A DNA stretch of 64,000 bases from an uncultured Actinomycetes bacterium (lineage in GTDB: Bacteria > Actinomycetota > Thermoleophilia > UBA2241). A model generated the notes under the pieces. It worked only from the letters and a program-made list of their open reading frames with translations, was not told where the DNA came from and did not search any database. Below are positions 52,084-61,251 of the stretch, piece by piece (position 1 is the stretch's first letter; every line of letters starts with the position of its first letter). The DNA lies in the NCBI GenBank assembly GCA_963753695.1, contig CAVWDG010000015.1, forward strand, positions 9,178 through 73,177, read 5' to 3'. The position numbers and the translations under genes were made by a program.

Positions 52084-53253
52084 ATGCTTCACCTCCCGCA
52101 CCCGCGAACGGCGCTGCTCGCGCTGCTCGTCATCCCACTCGCCGTGGTGCCGCCGCTTGCCGGCGCCCGCCGCGCCCCGGTCGCGGCGGCGCCCCACGGC
52201 ACGCGCACTGCCGCGGCGCGCAGCGCCGCCGGGCCCGCGGCCGCCGCCGCCGCTTACCTGCAAGCGCGCGCCCACGCCGTGCTCGGCCCCGCCCAGGCCC
52301 GCCGCCTGACCGCGCGATGCGCCCCCGGCGCGCCGCTCGCGCGCCGCGAGGCCACCTTGGCCGTCGGCGCGCGCCGCCTCGCCGCCGCACTCGGCCACAC
52401 CACCACGGCCGTCGTCTGCCACGTCACGGTGCGCGCCCTGCGCATCTCGCCCACGACCGGCGCCGCCACGGTCAGCGCCCGCGCCGTCACGCTCGACACC
52501 TGGGTCAGCCGCGCCGGGCACACCGACTCAGACGGCGAGGGCCTCGATCACGTGCTCACCCTCGTGCACCGTCACGGCCGCTGGCTGGTCACCGCCGACA
52601 GCTACTCATCCGACCTCACGCCCCGCCTGCTCGAAGCCGCGGGCGCGCCGGCAAAGGCCGTCGCGGCGGCGGCGAGCCGCCTCGAACGCCGCGTGCGCAG
52701 CCTGCCCGCGACCGCCGCACCGGCGCCCGCGGCGGGCGGCACGGCCCCCGACTACGTGGCGCAGCTCAGCTACGACCGCGCCGCCGCCAAGGCCTACGCC
52801 GACCGCTACGCCCTGTCGTACAACCCCACCTGCACGAGATTCAGCGCCGACTGCGCCGACTTCGGTTCGCAGGTCATGTTCGCGGGGGGCTATCCCCAGT
52901 TCGGCAGCACCTACGCCTCGGGCTGGTGGTACGACAAGAACGGCACCAGCGCACCCGGCAACGACACCTACAGCCACGCCTGGATCGCGGTCGCCAACCA
53001 GCAGGGCGCCTGGAACGTCAAGTACACCGACTTCGTGTCGTCTATCAGCGGCGTCACGACGGGCGACTTTATCTACTACGACTGGACCGGCGACGGCACC
53101 TGGGACCATGTGGCCGAACTCGTCGGTACCAACAGCGCCGGGCAGAAGGTCGTCGACGCCCACACCACCGACCACTACCACGTCTACTGGAAGCTGGGCA
53201 GCTCCTCCTGCCGCTACCGCTTCGCCCACACGCGCGCCATGGTCGTCATCTGA
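52084..53253 (+). CDS. Secreted Amidase_6 domain protein (putative cell-wall hydrolase)
   Basis: Signal peptide; YDRAAAKAYA, DCADFGSQ..AGG, GDFIYYDW, DH, VDAHT. Confidence 0.85.
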   Translation: MLHLPHPRTALLALLVIPLAVVPPLAGARRAPVAAAPHGTRTAAARSAAGPAAAAAAYLQARAHAVLGPAQARRLTARCAPGAPLARREATLAVGARRLAAALGHTTTAVVCHVTVRALRISPTTGAATVSARAVTLDTWVSRAGHTDSDGEGLDHVLTLVHRHGRWLVTADSYSSDLTPRLLEAAGAPAKAVAAAASRLERRVRSLPATAAPAPAAGGTAPDYVAQLSYDRAAAKAYADRYALSYNPTCTRFSADCADFGSQVMFAGGYPQFGSTYASGWWYDKNGTSAPGNDTYSHAWIAVANQQGAWNVKYTDFVSSISGVTTGDFIYYDWTGDGTWDHVAELVGTNSAGQKVVDAHTTDHYHVYWKLGSSSCRYRFAHTRAMVVI

Positions 53254-53428
53254 TAGCTCGCCCCGCGACCTTCACCTGACCGTCCGCGCCGCGACCACCG
53301 CCCCACTCGTGGTCGCGGCGCGGCGGGTGGGCGGCCCTGCGGCCCGCCGCCAAACGCCTTGTTTCCAGCGAGAACGGGTACGGAGTCACTGCGGCGTCAC
53401 GAGGCAGCGACAGATGAGGGGCAGGCAG

Positions 53429-54514
53429 GTGGAATCGAGCGACGACAAGGTGGTCAGGTTCCCGCGTGAGCGCACCATGGCCGGCGACAGCGAGCGCGAA
53501 AGCGCCGACCTTACGGCGGGCGCCCTCAAGTCCGGCTGGCTCACCCAGGGAGCAGCGGCGGTGCGCCTGCAAAAGGCCGCCGAGGCCTACCTCGAGCGGC
53601 GCGTCGTGCCGGTCGCCGGAGGTTCGGCCGCCCTGCATCTCGCCTTGCTGGCGATCGACGTAGGCGACGGCGGCGAGGTCATCATGCCGGCCGTCTCGTC
53701 GTCGGCGATCGCCAACCTCGTCATCCTCGCCGGCGGCCGCCCGATCTTCGCCGACATCGAGGCTCCCCACCGGCCGTTCCTCGAAGCCGCCGACGCCAAC
53801 CGTCTTGTCGGGCCGCGCACGCGGGCGTTGCTCGCCATCCACGAGGCCGGGTACCCCTCCCCCACCGAAGGTCTGCGCCGCGTCGCCGACGACCGCGGCA
53901 TCGCCCTCATCGAAGACTGCCGCGCGGCGCTGGGCGCCACGGCCGAAGGCCACCCGGTCGGCTCGACCGGCAAGCTCGCGACCTTCGCTTTCGGCGGATC
54001 GCCGTCGGCGGGCGGCCTCATCTCGACCGCCGCCGAGAGCCTCGAACGTCACCTGATCGCGCTGCGCTCGACCGTCATCGCCACCGACGACGAATGTTTC
54101 TCGCACGACTGTGCCGACGGCATGGTCAACGGCTACCGCATCGACGAGGCCGCGGCGTCGGCCGGAGCGCGCGTGCTCGCCGGCCTGGCCGAGGCCCTCG
54201 CTCGTCGCCGCGAGCTCGCCGCGACCGTGAGCCGGCGGCTGCACGCCGCCGGCCTCGCCGTGCTCGACGTAGGCGAAAGCGCCCGGCCCAGCTGGGAATG
54301 GCTGATCGCCCTCGCGCCGTCGCGCGAGCGCCGCGACGAGGTCGTGTCGGCCTGCCGGGCCGCCGGCCTCGAGGTGGTCATGCCCGTGGCCGCGTTCGCG
54401 CAGCCCGCCCAGTTGCACCGCCGCGCGCTGCCCAACACGCGCGCCTTCTGCGACCTGGCCCTCAAGTTCGCCATAGTGCCAAGCCTCGACGCGCAGCTCG
54501 CCGCGGCCCTCTAG
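53429..54514 (+). CDS. Divergent DegT/DnrJ/EryC1/StrS aminotransferase-like protein
   Basis: LKSGWLTQG, GSAALHLAL, GEVIMP, PIFADI, LIEDC..ALGA, NGYRI; the PLP lysine loop appears to be missing. Confidence 0.75.
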   Translation: MESSDDKVVRFPRERTMAGDSERESADLTAGALKSGWLTQGAAAVRLQKAAEAYLERRVVPVAGGSAALHLALLAIDVGDGGEVIMPAVSSSAIANLVILAGGRPIFADIEAPHRPFLEAADANRLVGPRTRALLAIHEAGYPSPTEGLRRVADDRGIALIEDCRAALGATAEGHPVGSTGKLATFAFGGSPSAGGLISTAAESLERHLIALRSTVIATDDECFSHDCADGMVNGYRIDEAAASAGARVLAGLAEALARRRELAATVSRRLHAAGLAVLDVGESARPSWEWLIALAPSRERRDEVVSACRAAGLEVVMPVAAFAQPAQLHRRALPNTRAFCDLALKFAIVPSLDAQLAAAL

Positions 54515-54575
54515 CCGGCTGTTGCGAGCCGCCGGCGCGCACGGGTCGGCGCGTGTCGCGGCCCCGCGCTGGGGG

Positions 54576-54690
54576 CTAGTCGCAGTCCTCTACCTTACCG
54601 CGCGCTAGTCGCAGTCGTCGGCCTTGCCGCGGGCTAGCCGCAGTCGTCGGCCTTGCCGCGCTAGTCGCCGTCGTCGGCCTTGCTGTCGCG
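54576..54690. repeat. Four tandem units of 27-29 bp copying the lysA 3' end including its stop codon
   Basis: CTAG(T/C)CGC(A/C)GTCGTCGGCCTTGCCGCG(CG) units. Confidence 0.85.
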
Positions 54691-56082
54691 TGCCGCGGGC
54701 GCCGCCGCGGGAGCGCCCTGGCGATCCGTCCCCTCGCGGGGAGCGACGTCGGCCGAGACCAGTCCCTCGAGGCCTTCGGCAAGGCGGATCGGGCGGGCCT
54801 CGCCGCGCTCCGCGGCGTAGGCGGCGGCCGTGGGACGGGCGTTGTACGGGCTCATGAGCTCGAGCGTGTAGGCGCCGGCATCGAAGAACGCGACAACGTC
54901 GCCCGGGGCGGTAGCCGCCGGAAAGCGACGATAGGGCGTGTCGTCGTCGCCGGCGAACACGTCGCCGCCGTCGCACAGCGGGCCCGCCAGGCGAAACGGC
55001 GTGTCGGCGGCTTCGTCGGCGCGGCTGGCCACCACGGCGCGGTAGTACCAGTGGTAGTTGGTGTGCTCGAGCAGGGTGTTGAACCCGGCGTCGACCGTGA
55101 GCCAGCGCTCGTCTCCGAGCCGGCGCCCCGCGGCGTCGTGCAGCCCCTTGACCTTGGTGTTCTCGATGGTGGTCACGAGCAGCGCCGTGTTGCCGGCTAT
55201 AAAGCGGCCCGGCTCGAGCAGCAGCTTGAGCTGGGGCGCGCGCCGTTCGAGCGGCTCGCAGATGGCCTCGGCGTAGTCGTCGATCGTGAGCGGCGCACAG
55301 AAGTAGTCGACCGGCTCGCAGGCGGCCTGGTCGCGATACGGGATGGCGAACCCGCCGCCCGCGTTCAGGCGCTCGAGGTGGATGCCGCCGGCCGCCAGCT
55401 CGTCGATCAGGTCGAGCGCCTTGCCGAGGGCCGCCCGGTAGGGCTCGGCGCCGGTGATCTGCGAACCCACGTGCACGTGCAGGCCGCGCGGGTCGAGCGA
55501 CTTGTGCGCGGCGGCGTAGGCAAAGGCGGCCGGCGCGTCGTCTAAGTCGATGCCGAACTTGCCGCCGTGGGCGGTCACCAGGCCGGGGTGGGTGAGCGTC
55601 GGCACGTTCAGGTCGATGCGCAGGTCGACCGGCGCGCTGCAGTCGAGCGCGGCGGCCACCTCGCCGATGCGCTCGAGCTCGTAGAGCGAGTCGACCGTGA
55701 CGCCGGCGACGCCGGCGACGAGCGCGGCGCCGATCTCGTCGCGCGTCTTGGCGACGCCGTTGAAGATGATCTGCCGCGGGGCAAAGCCGGCGCGTCGCGC
55801 CTTGAAGAGCTCGCCGCCCGAGTTGACCTCGACGTTGATGCCGGTGCGGCGCACCTCGCCCAGGAACCACAGGTTCGAGCAGGCCTTGCTGGCAAAGTAG
55901 ATCTCGGTGCCGAGGTGACGGCGGGTGAAGGCGTTCACCAGGCTGCTCACGTTCCAGCGGATGCGCCGCGGCGAGAAGACGAAGAACGGCGTCGGCGCCC
56001 GACGGGCGAGCTCGACCAGGTCGACTCCGTCGAGAGTCAGGTGGCCGTCGCGCACCGTGATGTCGCCGCCGAGATCGCCCAT
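54661..56082 (-). CDS. lysA: Diaminopimelate decarboxylase (fold III PLP decarboxylase)
   Basis: TPFFV, FASKAC, NSGGEL, FNGVAK, KFG, HVGSQ, GGG, EPGR, GPLCDGGD, AGAY. Confidence 0.85.
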   Translation of the reverse strand: MGDLGGDITVRDGHLTLDGVDLVELARRAPTPFFVFSPRRIRWNVSSLVNAFTRRHLGTEIYFASKACSNLWFLGEVRRTGINVEVNSGGELFKARRAGFAPRQIIFNGVAKTRDEIGAALVAGVAGVTVDSLYELERIGEVAAALDCSAPVDLRIDLNVPTLTHPGLVTAHGGKFGIDLDDAPAAFAYAAAHKSLDPRGLHVHVGSQITGAEPYRAALGKALDLIDELAAGGIHLERLNAGGGFAIPYRDQAACEPVDYFCAPLTIDDYAEAICEPLERRAPQLKLLLEPGRFIAGNTALLVTTIENTKVKGLHDAAGRRLGDERWLTVDAGFNTLLEHTNYHWYYRAVVASRADEAADTPFRLAGPLCDGGDVFAGDDDTPYRRFPAATAPGDVVAFFDAGAYTLELMSPYNARPTAAAYAAERGEARPIRLAEGLEGLVSADVAPREGTDRQGAPAAAPAARDSKADDGD

Positions 56083-56301
56083 GCCTGCCTCACCGTCCGT
56101 GTCTCAGTTGGCGGAGCCCCGCCGCCCGATTATACTGTCCCCGCCCGGCCACCGACCGAGCGTTCGACTTTTGCGTAGGGCACCCGACATCATCTCGCGA
56201 AAGCGCTGCGCCGCCACCTTGGGCGGCGCGGTTCACGACTACTAGAACCAGGTGGGTCCTCCCTGCCGTCCGGCAGGCCAACGTCGACACGACAGGTCGC
56301 C

Positions 56302-57387
56302 ATGCAGCCCCAGCTCACCCTCGATCTCGATGCCATCGACCGCGCCACGCGCACGCTTGCCGAACGGCTGCTGCTCTCCGGCATCGAGCTCGTCGGCGTG
56401 ACCAAGGCGATCGACGGCGAGCCCGCGGTCGGGCGCACCATGCTCGAGGCCGGCGCAGCCGGCCTCGCCGACTCCCGCCTGCCCGCCCTCGTGCGGCTCG
56501 CGGCCCACGCGCTGGCGCCGCTCACGCTGCTGCGCGCGCCCGAGGCACGCGACATCCCGGCGGCCGCCCAGATCGCCGACCGCGTCCTGCTCTGCGACCC
56601 GCCCACCGCCGCCGCCCTGGGCGCTCGCGCGCCCGGCCTGCCTATCGAACTGCTGCTCACGGTCGACCTCGGCGATCGCCGCGAAGGCGTGCTGCCCGGG
56701 CTTGCCGGCGAAGCGGCCCATCGCCTCGCCGGCCTGCCCGGCACCGTGCTCTCGGGCATCTCGGTCAACTTCGCCTGCCTGTCGGGCCAGCTTCCCAGCC
56801 TGGCGCTGTTCCGGCGCGCCGAACGGGTCCTCGCGGCCGTCGCCGACGCGGCCGCCATCGACACGCCCGTGCTCTCACTGGGCGGTTCGTGCTGCCTGCA
56901 GTACCTCGATGGCTTCAAGCCGCGCTTTCGCACCGAGATCCGCGCAGGCGGCGGGCCGCTGTACGGCTACGATTTCGTGTCGAACTCGCCGCTCGAGGGG
57001 CTCGATCGCGTCGACCCCATCCTCAGCGCGACCGTGCTCGAATCGGTCTTCAAGCCGCCGGCTCCGCCTGGGGCCGCCGGACTCGACGCCTTCGGCCACG
57101 TGCCCGACACGGCCCTGCCCGACGAGCCCGCCTGGCACACCCTGGTGGCGCTCGGGCGCCGCGACTGCGAGCCGCAGGGCCTGCGCCCCCTGATCGACGG
57201 CGCCTGGCTGGCCGGCATGACGAGCGACGTCGGCGTGCTCATCACGCCGCGCGAGCTACGCCCGGGCACGATCGTCGAGTTCGCCTGCGACTACGATGCG
57301 CTGGTGCGCGCTGTCACGTCGCCCTACGTCACGCAACGCTTCACGGCCGCCGGCGACTCCCAGGCGTCCGCCGCCACCGACCTTTAG
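56302..57387 (+). CDS. Alanine/ornithine racemase family PLP enzyme (Orr-like)
   Basis: GVTK, LADSRL, VDLGDRREG, NFACLSG, MTSD, DYDAL..TSPYV. Confidence 0.85.
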   Translation: MQPQLTLDLDAIDRATRTLAERLLLSGIELVGVTKAIDGEPAVGRTMLEAGAAGLADSRLPALVRLAAHALAPLTLLRAPEARDIPAAAQIADRVLLCDPPTAAALGARAPGLPIELLLTVDLGDRREGVLPGLAGEAAHRLAGLPGTVLSGISVNFACLSGQLPSLALFRRAERVLAAVADAAAIDTPVLSLGGSCCLQYLDGFKPRFRTEIRAGGGPLYGYDFVSNSPLEGLDRVDPILSATVLESVFKPPAPPGAAGLDAFGHVPDTALPDEPAWHTLVALGRRDCEPQGLRPLIDGAWLAGMTSDVGVLITPRELRPGTIVEFACDYDALVRAVTSPYVTQRFTAAGDSQASAATDL

Positions 57388-57395
57388 GAGGCCCC

Positions 57396-58841
57396 GTGTC
57401 CCACGCCGATACCCGCCGCGTCGGCCTTCGCCGGCCCCTGCAGATCATCTCGCCCGACGAGGTGCGCCGTATCCACGAGACCTCGCTCGACATCCTGAGC
57501 GAGGTGGGCTGTGTCTACTACTCGCGGCACGCCCTCGACGTGCTCGCCGAAGCCGGCGCCCAGGTCGACTACGAGACGACTGTGGCCAAGCTGCCGCCCG
57601 AGCTCGTCGAGCGCGCCCTCGCCACTCTTCCCCACGGCTTCACGCTGGGCGGGCGCACGCCCGACTACGACCTGCCGCTCGACGGGCAGCACGCCTACGT
57701 CACCTCCGACGGCTGTGCCACCTTCGTGCGCGAACACGACGGCACCGTGCGCCCCTCGACCAAGGCCGACGTGAGCGCCGCCGCCAAGGTCGTGCAGGGA
57801 CTCGACAACATCTCCGCCACCTCGGCGCTGGTGTCGGCCCAGGACTGCCCCGTCGAGACGCGCGTGCTGCACGAGTTCGACGCCTGCATGCGCGCCTCCG
57901 AAAAGCACGCCATCGTGGTCTCGGTCAAAGACGAGACCGAAGCGCGCGACCTCATCCGCATGGCCGAAGCCGTGGCCGGCGGCGCCGCCGAGCTCTACGA
58001 GCGCCCGACCTTCTCGGTCATCCTGTGCACCGTGAGCCCGCTCCACCAGGAGCGCTTCGGCATGGACCTCGCCTTCACGCTGGCCAAGGCCGGCATTCCC
58101 ATGATGCTCTACCCCATGCCCATCCTCGGCGCCACGGCGCCGGTCACGCCGGCCGGCACGGCGGTCGTCAACAACGCCGAGATCCTCGGCGCGATCACCG
58201 CCATCCAGCTCGCGCACCCCGGCGCCCGGCTCATCCATGCAGGCGGGCCCACCGCTCTGTACATGCGCACCGGCGCCTACTTCGCCAACGTCCCCGAGGC
58301 TCTGCTGCTGCGCGCCGTGCAGGCGCAGATGGCGCGCTTCTACGGCCTGCCGGCCGGTCTGGGCTGGGGCGGCACCAAAGGCAAGGAGCCCGGCGCCCAG
58401 GCGGCCTACGAGAACACGCTCGGCATGATGCTCGAGCTGTTCGCCGGCGCCGACTTCCTGTTCGGCGCCGGTCTGCTCGACTCGGTCACCCAGATGTCGC
58501 TCGAAGAGCTCGTCGTGGCCGACGAGGTCTTCGGCATGGTGAGCCGCCTGCTGCGCGGCGTCACGGTCGACCGCGAGAACCTGGCCGTCGAGCTGATCGG
58601 CAAGCTCGGCTTCAAGGGCGACTACCTGTTCGACAACCACACCCGCGCCCGCGTGCGCGAGCTCTGGCAGGCCAAGCTCGGCGAGACGGGCACCTACGAG
58701 GGCTGGCAGGCGGCCGGCGCGCCGAGCACCGCCACGCGCGCCCAGGCCAAAGTCGACGAGCTGCTGGCCGCCGATGCGCCCGCGTTCCCGGCCGCGCTCG
58801 GCCGCGAGTTCGACGCCATCATCGCCGCGGCGGAGTGCTAG
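57396..58841 (+). CDS. MttB-superfamily methylamine:corrinoid methyltransferase, non-pyrrolysine (1)
   Basis: IHETSLDILSEVG, TVSPL, GATAPVT.AG, NAEIL, QAAYEN, GAGLL; no in-frame TAG; AGGAGG RBS. Confidence 0.9.
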   Translation: MSHADTRRVGLRRPLQIISPDEVRRIHETSLDILSEVGCVYYSRHALDVLAEAGAQVDYETTVAKLPPELVERALATLPHGFTLGGRTPDYDLPLDGQHAYVTSDGCATFVREHDGTVRPSTKADVSAAAKVVQGLDNISATSALVSAQDCPVETRVLHEFDACMRASEKHAIVVSVKDETEARDLIRMAEAVAGGAAELYERPTFSVILCTVSPLHQERFGMDLAFTLAKAGIPMMLYPMPILGATAPVTPAGTAVVNNAEILGAITAIQLAHPGARLIHAGGPTALYMRTGAYFANVPEALLLRAVQAQMARFYGLPAGLGWGGTKGKEPGAQAAYENTLGMMLELFAGADFLFGAGLLDSVTQMSLEELVVADEVFGMVSRLLRGVTVDRENLAVELIGKLGFKGDYLFDNHTRARVRELWQAKLGETGTYEGWQAAGAPSTATRAQAKVDELLAADAPAFPAALGREFDAIIAAAEC

Positions 58842-58869
58842 ACTGGCGCTCGACGAAAGGCGGAGCGTG

Positions 58870-59061
58870 ATGAACATCGGATTGCCCGAACTTCTGCTGA
58901 TCGAGCTCGTCTTCGCCGTCCTGTGCGGCATCATCGCCCGCCGCAAGCGCCGCAATACCCTGGGATGGGCCGGGCTCGGCCTTCTGTTCGGTTTCATCCC
59001 CCTCGTCGTCGTCGCCGTGCTGCCCAAGGCGCGGCCGCGGCAGAGCTCGGGAGTGGCATGA
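58870..59061 (+). CDS. Small two-TM membrane protein
   Basis: MNIGLPELLL..IARRKRRNTLGWAGLGLLFG. Confidence 0.75.
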   Translation: MNIGLPELLLIELVFAVLCGIIARRKRRNTLGWAGLGLLFGFIPLVVVAVLPKARPRQSSGVA

Positions 59062-59188
59062 AGCGCAACCGCCTCAAGTCTTCAGCGCGAGACCACCCGG
59101 CCGCGTAGGTCCACCTCCGCTGTCGTGATGCCGCGCGACCGCCCCGGCGAGCGCGCGTCGCATCCCCTGTTCGCGAAAGGACCCTGAG

Positions 59189-60646
59189 ATGACCCACGCA
59201 GACGGCTGCTATGTAGGCAAGCGAGTCAAGCTCGAACTGCTCAGCGCAGACGAGATCAGGCAGGTCCACGAGTCGACTCTCGACGTCATCGAGAACGTCG
59301 GCGTCATGTTCCACTCGCAGAACGCCCTCGACGTGCTCGAACAGAACGGCGCGACGGTCGACCGCGAGACCACCGTCGCCAAGATCCCCGGCGAGGTCGT
59401 CGAGCGGGCGCTTTCGACCGTGCCCCACGCCTTCACTCTGGGCGGCCGCACCCCGGAGTACGACCTGCCGCTCGACGGCGAGCACATCTACATCTCCTCC
59501 GACGGCTGCGGCCTGTCGTACCGCGACCCGATCACGGGCGACGTACGCTCGTCGCGTAAAGAAGACCTCGAGAACTGCGCGCGGGTGGTGCAGGCGCTCG
59601 ACAACGTCTCGGCCACCTCGGCCGTGGTCTCCGCCCAGGACTGCCCCGTGCAGAGCAGGGTGCTGCACGAGTTCGACGCCTGCGTGCGCAACTCAGCCAA
59701 GCACAGCATCGTGGTGTCCATCAAAGAGGACTGGGAGGCGCGCAGCCTGATCGAGATGGCCAGCGCCCTGGCCGGCGGCCGCGACGAGCTGCGCGCACGG
59801 CCGACCTTCACGGCCATCATCTGCACCGTGAGCCCGCTCCATCAGGAGCGCTTCGGTATGGACCTGGCGCTCACGCTGGCCGAGGCCGGCATACCGGTGA
59901 GCTTCTATCCCATGCCGATCCTCGGCGCCACCGGCCCGATCACCATCGCCGGTTCGGCCGTGGTCAACAACGCCGAGTTCGTGAGCGGCGCCACGCTCGT
60001 GCAGCTCGCCCACCCCGGCGCCCCGGTGATCCACGGCGGCGGCCCCACGGCCATGTACATGAACAGCGGCGCCTACGCCAGCAACTCGCCCGAGGCCATC
60101 CTCATTCGCTCAGTGCAGGGCCACATGGCCGACTTTTACGGAGTGCCCGCCTGGTACGGCGCCGGCGCCACGACGGCCAAAGAGCCCGGCATCCAGAGCG
60201 CCTACGAGAACACGATTGCCATGTTCATGGCCTACGCCAACGGCGCCGACGTGACCTTCGGCACCGGCCTGCTCGACGGCTCGCGCATCCTCTGCCTCGA
60301 GAACATGGTGGTCGACGACGAGATCCTCGGCATGGTCAAGCGCATCCTGCGCGGCGTCGAGGTGAGCGACGAGACCATCGCCCGCGACCTCATCGTGAAG
60401 ATGGGCTTCAACGGCAACTACCTGTTCGACAACCACACCCGCGCCCACGTGCGCGAGCTCTGGCAGGCCAAGCTCGGCGAGACCGGCACCTACGAGGGCT
60501 GGAAGTCCGCCGGCTCCAAGAGCACCATCGACAAGGCCCAGGACAAGGTGCGCGAGATCCTCGCCACCGAGCCCATCGGCTTTCCCGACGACCTCGGCCG
60601 CGAGTTCGACGCGATCATCGCCTCAGCCGAAAAGCAGACCGTCTGA
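59189..60646 (+). CDS. MttB-superfamily methylamine:corrinoid methyltransferase, non-pyrrolysine (2)
   Basis: Close paralog of 57396..58841; TVSPL, GATGPITIAG, QSAYEN, GTGLL. Confidence 0.92.
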   Translation: MTHADGCYVGKRVKLELLSADEIRQVHESTLDVIENVGVMFHSQNALDVLEQNGATVDRETTVAKIPGEVVERALSTVPHAFTLGGRTPEYDLPLDGEHIYISSDGCGLSYRDPITGDVRSSRKEDLENCARVVQALDNVSATSAVVSAQDCPVQSRVLHEFDACVRNSAKHSIVVSIKEDWEARSLIEMASALAGGRDELRARPTFTAIICTVSPLHQERFGMDLALTLAEAGIPVSFYPMPILGATGPITIAGSAVVNNAEFVSGATLVQLAHPGAPVIHGGGPTAMYMNSGAYASNSPEAILIRSVQGHMADFYGVPAWYGAGATTAKEPGIQSAYENTIAMFMAYANGADVTFGTGLLDGSRILCLENMVVDDEILGMVKRILRGVEVSDETIARDLIVKMGFNGNYLFDNHTRAHVRELWQAKLGETGTYEGWKSAGSKSTIDKAQDKVREILATEPIGFPDDLGREFDAIIASAEKQTV

Positions 60647-60759
60647 GCCGCAGGCAAGGTCGTGCGCATCGTCGTGCTGTAACGCACCGAGCGATCGGTC
60701 GGTCTGCCTTCAGTGAAGTAAGCTTCGGGGTGCACGCGGCAACGCCGCGGCGACCGATC

Positions 60760-61242
60760 ATGACTGACAGCGGACTCACCATACGGACTGCCGATGACGC
60801 GACGCAGGAGGTCGCAGGCGACCTCCTGCGTCGCTACTTCGCCGAGGAGGGCCAGGCCGTCGCCGTCGAGCGACAGCGCGCCGGCCTGGCCGCGCTGCTC
60901 GCCGACCCGCGCGGCGCGGTGCTCGTGGCGTTTCGCGACGACGCGAGCGACACGCCTGCCGGCATCGTCACCGTGAGCTGGTCGGCGAGCGCCGAGCACC
61001 TCAGGGTGGCCGAGATCGGCGAGCTCTACGTACCGCCGACCGAGCGCCGGCGAGGTGTCGCCACGGCGCTCGTCGAGGCCGCGGCGGCCTGGGCGACGGG
61101 CCAGGGCTGCACCGCCTGCCGGGTCGCGGTCGGCCCCGACGGCGAGCTGCGCCACGGCGTGGGCGCCTTCTTCGGCGCGCATGGGTTCGACGACGAGTAC
61201 CGCAAGGTCCTGGCGCGCGCGCTGCGCCCCGACGAACGCTAA
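60760..61242 (+). CDS. GNAT family N-acetyltransferase
   Basis: IGELYVPPTERRRGVATALV motif A; FFGAHGF. Confidence 0.88.
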   Translation: MTDSGLTIRTADDATQEVAGDLLRRYFAEEGQAVAVERQRAGLAALLADPRGAVLVAFRDDASDTPAGIVTVSWSASAEHLRVAEIGELYVPPTERRRGVATALVEAAAAWATGQGCTACRVAVGPDGELRHGVGAFFGAHGFDDEYRKVLARALRPDER

Positions 61243-61251
61243 GGAGGCCAC

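Noticed and set aside
58839-58870. Pyrrolysine read-through of the TAG ending mttB1
   Set aside because: The TAG aligns with the natural C-terminus of the paralog, not the active-site position; read-through would add only about 10 residues.
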